A stretch of DNA of 24,000 nt from Balneola sp. EhC07. Lineage in GTDB: Bacteria > Bacteroidota > Rhodothermia > Balneolales > Balneolaceae. Below the pieces are notes generated by a model. It was not told the DNA's origin. It saw nothing but the letters and a program-made list of their open reading frames with translations, and ran no database searches. Of the stretch, positions 16,637 through 23,000 are shown piece after piece. Numbering within the stretch: position 1 is the first letter of the stretch; every line of letters starts with the position of its first letter. A program made the translations under genes and the position numbers. Location of the stretch: contig NZ_LXYG01000015.1 of NCBI RefSeq assembly GCF_001650905.1, positions 13,232-37,231 of the forward strand, given 5' to 3'.

Positions 16637-17470
16637 TTATTGTATTTGAACGGTGGTACTGGAAGCTGAGGGCGACATTTGGACTAGATCTTGTTCAGAT
16701 ACGTCGTTACGTTCTGATACAAATTCTACTTTAACCTGATAGCTACCAGGCTCCATATCTTCAATGTTAAAATTTTGCCCATGAGTGCCGTCAAAATAAA
16801 AGCTGGTTGATAATGATGAAGTTCTCATAATTTTCCCATCTTTAATTATGGACGTAGTAACCGTACCTAAAAAAGGCGAGTTTCCAGTGCGTTCAAAATC
16901 AGATAATATCTGTATCGTATTTTCATCAATCATTCTTGTTCTGATTTGATTGATGTTAATACCGGTATTTGTTTCTCCAACTTTATAAAATAACCCGGTA
17001 ATTTGTTCAAATTTCACTCCAATTTGAGCATTTACAGCGTCAGAGGCTCCAAGCTCTAATGGAGGGCTTTCCGGTGTTGAAGTAGTTCTTATGCGAGCCC
17101 AATAAGTCTGTTCAACCAAATCTTGTGAAGCGTTTATTCTTAAACGAACGATTTGACGACTACCACTTTGAAGTACAAAATTTTGAGGAAAGGCCCTTAC
17201 GTTTTCCGCTATGGAATAATTTTGTGCAATTTCTGAACTATCCCTCACAAAACTTTTATCACCAAATTCGTTAGTATCAAAATATCCAAATAGAAAATCT
17301 ACAGAGATTTCTTGTGGTTGTTGAGAATTATTGATAACCATAAATGTTCCAAATCTGGAATTGTCATCAAGAAACATGTTTGTAGGTGCAATTGTAACCT
17401 GCGACAGAACTGTTGCAGATAAAATCACACATAAAAATAACCCGCCTGTAATAACCCTTATTATATTCAT
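16637..17470 (-). CDS. Periplasmic pilus-assembly chaperone-like protein (PapD/MSP Ig-fold, two-domain)
   Basis: 277 aa. Signal peptide (LFLCVILSATVLS/Q). N-terminal pattern VTIAPTNMFLDDNSRFGTFMVINNSQQPQEISVDF and FPQNFVLQSGSRQIVRLRIN...QTYWARIRTT resembles the PapD_N consensus (i.P.r.i......s..l.v.N.....; l.PP...l.pg..q.vRi.....e..f.l.v.e.p). All-beta second domain. Position between pilin-like genes and the usher-like gene. The canonical PapD Arg8 is not obviously conserved. Confidence 0.45.
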   Translation of the reverse strand: MNIIRVITGGLFLCVILSATVLSQVTIAPTNMFLDDNSRFGTFMVINNSQQPQEISVDFLFGYFDTNEFGDKSFVRDSSEIAQNYSIAENVRAFPQNFVLQSGSRQIVRLRINASQDLVEQTYWARIRTTSTPESPPLELGASDAVNAQIGVKFEQITGLFYKVGETNTGININQIRTRMIDENTIQILSDFERTGNSPFLGTVTTSIIKDGKIMRTSSLSTSFYFDGTHGQNFNIEDMEPGSYQVKVEFVSERNDVSEQDLVQMSPSASSTTVQIQ

Positions 17471-17542
17471 GACTGCTTTTTAGTTGTAAATGATGCAGTA
17501 AAGTAAAGAATTAAAATCAAATATATTTTGGATAGTTTTAAT

Positions 17543-17574
17543 AAAAAAAAAGTCCCGCTTTTAACGAGACTTTT
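17543..17574 (-). terminator. Intrinsic terminator after the 183-aa pilin-like gene (intra-cluster attenuator)
   Basis: Minus-strand RNA AAAAGUCUCG-UUAAAA-GCGGGACUUUUUUUUU: stem GUCUCG/CGGGAC (one G-U pair) extendable by A-U pairs, followed by a U9 tract. Lies 22 nt after the stop at 17596 and about 70 nt before the chaperone-like start. Confidence 0.65.
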
Positions 17575-17595
17575 AATTCGTTTAAGACTAATCTA

Positions 17596-18147
17596 TCACT
17601 GATAGTTAACAGTGAAAGTTAAATCTCCGGAAGCACCTGCAGTACCACTGTCAGAAGTATAAGTTCCGGCAGCTTGACCTGAAAGTGCACCTAAGTTACC
17701 ACCGATGTATACAAATAATGCACCGCCAGCAGAAGTTTCAGTAGCTGCACCTGCAGTTGCTTTAGTTACATCACTTGAACTTGCAATTGCATCTGTACTA
17801 TTCGCAGAAACATCAGGAGTGAAAGTCATTGAATTAGTTCCGTCACTTAATGTAACAGTTGCTTGATCCCAGTCAATAACTAACTGAGTTGTGTTAGCAG
17901 CAGAAATGGAGAATTTTCCAAAAGTTGCGCCACCACCAACATCAGCAGTGTTAGTACCTTGAGGATCAAGAACAGGAGAACCTGTATCCTGAATGTTTCC
18001 GAAACTTACATCAGAAACGAAGGTAAGTGCAATGTCAGCAAGAATAACAGCAGATGTGTTAATATCTTGTGTTTCCTGTGCATTAGCTACAGGATTAGCA
18101 AAAGCAACAAGAGCTAAAGCAGTAATGATATATTTTAAATTTTTCAT
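17596..18147 (-). CDS. DUF4402/SCPU-like secreted pilin candidate (probable major subunit)
   Basis: 183 aa. Signal peptide MKNLKYIITALALVAFANPVANA/Q. Thr/Ser/Ala/Gly-rich all-beta composition. Motifs SFGNI about 25 aa after the cleavage site and C-terminal GTYTSDSGTAGASGDLTFTVNYQ, matching my memory of DUF4402 proteins (...G.Y.g...vtV.Y-x end). Own upstream 120-nt gap and downstream terminator. Confidence 0.7.
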   Translation of the reverse strand: MKNLKYIITALALVAFANPVANAQETQDINTSAVILADIALTFVSDVSFGNIQDTGSPVLDPQGTNTADVGGGATFGKFSISAANTTQLVIDWDQATVTLSDGTNSMTFTPDVSANSTDAIASSSDVTKATAGAATETSAGGALFVYIGGNLGALSGQAAGTYTSDSGTAGASGDLTFTVNYQ

Positions 18148-18186
18148 AGTTTTTTAATTTGTGTGAAGTAGAGTTGTATTCTTTAT

Positions 18187-18217
18187 TCAAGCTAACGACT
18201 ATCTGATTTGTTTCAAA
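18187..18217 (-). promoter_or_regulatory. Candidate Bacteroidota-style promoter upstream of the 183-aa pilin-like gene
   Basis: Minus strand TTTG (18217-18214) - N19 - TAGCTTGA (18194-18187). This is a partial match to the Bacteroidetes sigma-A consensus TTTG-N19-21-TAnnTTTG (last two positions mismatch). It lies in the 120-nt intergenic gap. Confidence 0.25.
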
Positions 18218-18267
18218 TTAGAGTGTTTTAATGAAGATTTCTTAATGTTTCTAAATAAAGAGTGTGG

Positions 18268-18801
18268 TTATTCATAAGTAACACTTACAACCACTTCTGC
18301 AGTGTATATTCCATTAGGGATGTTTCCTACATCAATACCTCCATACACATAAAGGAACATTTCCTGCCATACATCTCCGGAGTTGGAAAGATTTTCATCT
18401 CCGTCATAGATTGATATTAATCCTTGATTATTAGATAAAGGCACAGCATTGTTGATATTATTTACTCCTGAATTATTATAAGAGGCTTCTAATTGCAAAG
18501 GGATACGTTCTGTTACTGCAGGATTAATATTAATGAGCTCTTCAGGAACCAACATGTTAATTTGTATATTTTGAGTATAATAAGCTCTTATAGAAAACAC
18601 TCCCATTCTTACATCGCCAATCCGAACTTCTCTGTACCCCGAATTTGAAACCACGTTTCCAAAATCGAGTGATTGTTCAACGGTCACATTTAATTCAGGT
18701 TCAATTTTAAGGCGTAGATTGATAAACTGGCTATTAGCTGGTATAAGGTCAAGCGTTACCCAAATAAAGCTTATTAGCATTATGATCGATGACTTAATCA
18801 T
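18268..18801 (-). CDS. DUF4402-like secreted pilin paralog (minor subunit candidate)
   Basis: 177 aa. N-terminal hydrophobic signal. LDFGNV motif, IPLQLEASYNNSGVNNINN segment (shared with the 216-aa paralog), and C-terminal GIYTAEVVVSVTYE. Its start overlaps the upstream gene stop by 8 nt (ATGATTAA). Confidence 0.6.
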   Translation of the reverse strand: MIKSSIIMLISFIWVTLDLIPANSQFINLRLKIEPELNVTVEQSLDFGNVVSNSGYREVRIGDVRMGVFSIRAYYTQNIQINMLVPEELININPAVTERIPLQLEASYNNSGVNNINNAVPLSNNQGLISIYDGDENLSNSGDVWQEMFLYVYGGIDVGNIPNGIYTAEVVVSVTYE

Positions 18802-19444
18802 AATTTATCGTTACAGAAATACTTGAATTGTAACTGCCTGCGTCAACGTTGCCTATATTAATTGATCCATATATATATAGATATGCAGTTTCATTGAATA
18901 TGCTCGGATCATATCCTTCATAAACAGGGGTTGGGGGAGGGCCTGGAGGACCATTAGTTCTTTGTAATATCTGAAACTGAGCACTTGCTACATTAGATAA
19001 CACCGTGATGTTAACTGATTCATTAACATTGTTATTACCCCGATTAGCATAAGCAGCTTCTAAGGTAAAAGGGATTCTGCAAGAGGGGTCCGTTTCACAT
19101 CCAAGATCTCCATTTAGCAAAAGATAGTTATCAGCTGTAATGTCTACTAACACATCCAGATATTTAACACCCTCGAGGGTCAATATTTTTGCATTAACTA
19201 AATCGATAGACGCCGGGCCTTGATTTTGTATCAACGTGCCGAATTCTAATTCTTCAGATGGATTAAATTCTGATAATGAAATGCTATATGCACTACTATA
19301 CTGACCAAAGTCAATTTCCTGAGCAGAAACAGATGTAGAGCTACTTATACTTGTAATTAAAAAGACAATGCAACAAAAAACAGAATATTTAAGATATGCC
19401 GGTGATTTTTGATAAGAAGCTATTTTTATTAAAATGCTATTCAT
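18794..19444 (-). CDS. DUF4402-like secreted pilin paralog with Cys pair and Pro-rich insertion
   Basis: 216 aa. Signal ending SSTSVSA/QE. LEFGTL motif, IPFTLEAAYANRGNNNVNE, and C-terminal GSYNSSISVTINYD. Unique GCETDPSC and NGPPGPPPTP insertions. Confidence 0.6.
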   Translation of the reverse strand: MNSILIKIASYQKSPAYLKYSVFCCIVFLITSISSSTSVSAQEIDFGQYSSAYSISLSEFNPSEELEFGTLIQNQGPASIDLVNAKILTLEGVKYLDVLVDITADNYLLLNGDLGCETDPSCRIPFTLEAAYANRGNNNVNESVNITVLSNVASAQFQILQRTNGPPGPPPTPVYEGYDPSIFNETAYLYIYGSINIGNVDAGSYNSSISVTINYD

Positions 19445-19484
19445 TTAATTAATGTCTACGATCATTAAAATTACAATGCCAACA

Positions 19485-19988
19485 TCATATGTAATCAATC
19501 TCTATGGTAAAGTCTCCTTCGTAATTACCTGGAACTGCATTTGTAATATTAATTCTTCCACCAATCCAAAAGTAATATCGGCCCTCAAGACTAAATTGAA
19601 TAGATCTGTTCTCTGTATCTAAAAGTTCTGATGTAGATTGGTTTTCAATAGAGTTGCCGGAAATTTCATACATAAAAGTTAATGTTGATGTACCATCAAC
19701 TTGAGTTAATACAATTTCCGGAAGATATGTGAGTCTGAAAGCTGCTTCGGGATTACCGGTAGCAATCATAAAGCCCGCATTAATACTGTTGATCGGATTT
19801 ACGTATAGTTCTTGTTGTCCGGGCTGTACATTTCCGAACGTCATAGACTGAACTGTAATTAAATCAATACTGGAAACTATATTAGCGCCTACCTTAATAT
19901 CTCCAGAAACCTGAATATTTTGTTCTTGAGCAAATAGAAAATGATTTGTACTAACTAAAATAATGAGGGATACGACTAATTTTTTCAT
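19485..19988 (-). CDS. DUF4402-like secreted pilin paralog (most divergent)
   Basis: Signal MKKLVVSLIILVSTNHFLFA/Q. Met at 19988 is preferred; the longest ORF starts at 20003 with MQLFSMKK. MTFGNV motif and C-terminal PGNYEGDFTIEIDYI. Confidence 0.6.
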   Translation of the reverse strand: MKKLVVSLIILVSTNHFLFAQEQNIQVSGDIKVGANIVSSIDLITVQSMTFGNVQPGQQELYVNPINSINAGFMIATGNPEAAFRLTYLPEIVLTQVDGTSTLTFMYEISGNSIENQSTSELLDTENRSIQFSLEGRYYFWIGGRINITNAVPGNYEGDFTIEIDYI

Positions 19989-20039
19989 GCTGAATAATTG
20001 CATATAAAATTAATAATTACCAGTTAATTCTTTTTAATA

Positions 20040-20049
20040 AGAACGTTCT
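20040..20049. promoter_or_regulatory. Perfect 10-bp palindrome AGAACGTTCT in the gap between the adhesin gene and the first pilin-like gene
   Basis: agaacgttct is read directly at 20040-20049. It is adjacent to an AU-rich 11-bp hairpin (about 20054-20082) with no U-tail. Function unknown. Confidence 0.2.
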
Positions 20050-20089
20050 AATGTTTTGAATAATTTCGTAAATCATTCAAAAGTCGAAA

Positions 20090-23000
20090 TTATTTTATAA
20101 GAGTAAATCGCTCAGTGTAAATTTGAGAATCTGTTTGAAGACGATAGAAGTAAATCCCACTTGCTAAGTGCTCAGCTCTATAGTTTATGTTATAAGTGCC
20201 TGCAGTCATTCGTTTATTTAACAACGTGGAAATTTTCCTTCCAAGAATATCGTATACAACCAAGCTTACTTCAGAATCTACATCCAAGCCAAACGGAATT
20301 GTAGTTGTTGGATTGAAGGGGTTTGGATAGTTTTGTGATAAGAAAGATTTTTCCGGGATATTAAGTTCGATTTCTTCTGTAGTAATTTTCAGAGTGAACC
20401 GCGCATCATCGGCTTTTTTTCGGATAACTTTTTGTTTTGTATATGGATTAGCAACTTTGGCTTTGCTTTTGGTTGAGTGAAAGAATGTATATTCTTCCTG
20501 ATCAATTAGATCTATTTCCTTGTCAGTTTCATTGTCAATCAATGAGATCAACCATTCATCAGGGATATTATCAAAGTTTATACCTCTAATTTTGAAATCG
20601 CCTGAAATCGGAAACCCTTCTTTATACCCGTTTATATTAACAGGAAGCAAATACCTGTTTGTAAACTCCAATGGAAGATTGTTTATGACTAACGGAGTTC
20701 CGTCATCTAACAAACTAAAGATTTCTAAACGATTTGAAGTAAAAGGAAGCAGTTCAAATGCATCAAAATTATCTTTTGCTTCAGATGCATTTTTAGTAAA
20801 CATAAAGCTTACATCTTTTTTTAATCCGTTTGAGGTAAGTTCCAAAGTAAGTAATGGAATATCATCTGTTTGTTCTGTTCTTATTTCTTTTCTGAGAAAT
20901 GCCCCACCTGTTGTTTTAGCATCAGTAGTAACTTTTAAAACAGGGCTTGAAGCATTTGCTTTAATCCAGAATCCCTGGAATGGAGCAATTAAACCACTTC
21001 CGATTGTTCCTGTAGTTCCATTCCAGGTTAGATACTCTCCATTACCACCATTAGCTGCCGGATCCCAAACATAAATAGTGTTTTCGATATTCGTTTTTGT
21101 CCAGCTTGGAGAATCATCCCAGTCAATGGTGGCACCAAAAGGATTACCCACTAAATTCCAGCCAGTATCTGCGTTAGCGGTGTAAGTTACTCCAAAGTCT
21201 ACTTCACCAGCTGTTCCGTTAAATTCTTGTCCACTAACATCTAAAGTATCCGGAAGAGGGTTGTTATATCTGGCATCTGCAGCAATATCTCCAAAGAAAA
21301 ATACAAAAATACCCTGACCTTCTACTAAAGGGTCAGTAGCATTTCCTGGAGCTCTGTATCGTTGATTATCAGTGCCTTCAAAGCTTTCTAAATAAGTGAG
21401 TACATTGGGTTGTAAACTGTCAAGAGCCGCATTTCCAAGTGTTGAGCCTGTAAAGCCCTGAGTTAATGTCCCGTCCAAAAGATCACCAAATGTAGAAGAA
21501 ACAGGAGAGGAGAGAATACGCCATCCTCTTACACCTGATATTTTTCTTTGAAAACGTAAAGTTCCGGTTCCATATCTAATACCTTCCACGACTAGATTCT
21601 TTCCACTTGGTATCAGTAACTCGCCGGATGTCATAATAAGACTGTCATTGATAGCGAGGTTCTCTTCTACAGTTACGCCATTAGCATTATCAATTACAAG
21701 ATTGGTGTATGCATGAGGGTTAGTAATACTTTGGGCTGAAACCCCGTTCATAACAACTGTTCCAACATTTATAGCACTTACATCCAGAATATCACCTCCA
21801 ACAGTGATGCTGTCAGCATTGGTTCCAAGTACACTTCCGCCAGATAAGTTGCCTGTAATTGTGAAATTTATACCTCCGGAAATGGTTAAAGAAGCACCGG
21901 TTTCCATAGAAACGGATGAGACACTTGCTCCTGTTACATCTACAACAGGTAGTTCATTTCCTCCCCCCGGTGTAACAGGTATAAAAACAACGGAAGACGG
22001 TCCGGGAACAGTACCAACATTCCAATTGCCTGTATCTTCCCAGTCAGAGGCTAAACTTGCAGAACCTAACTGGCTTTCCCAGATATGAGTAAAAGCAGCA
22101 AATTCTACAGTAGCATTGTCAGTAATTGACACAGCATTTACTGTTCCGGTTATAGTAGCAGTCTCGGCTACCATAGTTGAAGTTAAAGTATCAGAATAGC
22201 TTCCGTCACTATTATCAATTATAGAACCACTTGTACTGGCAAGAGTACCTGTCGTAGTTGATAAGGTTATGGCATCTCCACCTGTAGTTATATTATTACC
22301 AAATTCGTCTTTCAGATTAACAGTAATAATAGATGTACTTGTCCCATCATTTAGAATAACAGTTGGTGAAGCGGTAATTAAAGATGTTGTTTCTGATGCA
22401 GCTCCGGCACTAACCAAAAAACTGTTACTCGTCCCGAATTCAGACCCAGCAGAATTTGTAGCAGTGATTGTACATGATCCTACACTGGAAATGCTCACAC
22501 TTGTAGAAGACAATACTCCGGAAGAGAAATTGGCAGAAGTTCCTTGTCCGGTATCCATCGTACAACTGGATGAAATAACTACAGTGCCATTAAAAGTAGT
22601 AACGGTGGTTGAGGTGCCATCAATAGCAGTAATTTTAATACTAAAAGTTTGGCCGGCAGTTTTAGAACTGATATTCCCTGAAGGAATACGTTCTATCAGA
22701 AAAGACGTAAGCGTACCAGCATTTACTATATCAAATGTAGAACTTGTATCTGAATTTAATCCTGTGCTGGTCGATACAAGTCTTTTTGTACCAATAGCAT
22801 CGATAGCCAAAGTGTCAAATTCTGATATACCTAATGCATTAGTTTCTATTGATGTGGATTGGTTCAGATTACCACTGCTTTCCGGCGAAAGTGCAATAGA
22901 AATATCTACTCCTGATTGTTCAATGCTGTTCCCAAATTGGTCTACCAGCTGTACTCTAACAGCAGGAGTAATAGAGCTATCTATATTAGTAGTTGAAGGC

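Noticed and set aside
17596-20003. Small secreted proteins as type V (FimA/Mfa1) or type IV pilins, or curli subunits
   Set aside because: There is no lipobox Cys after the signal peptide, and they are less than half the size of FimA-type pilins. There is no G/FTLIE prepilin motif or hydrophobic N-terminal helix. There are no Q/N-rich curlin repeats.
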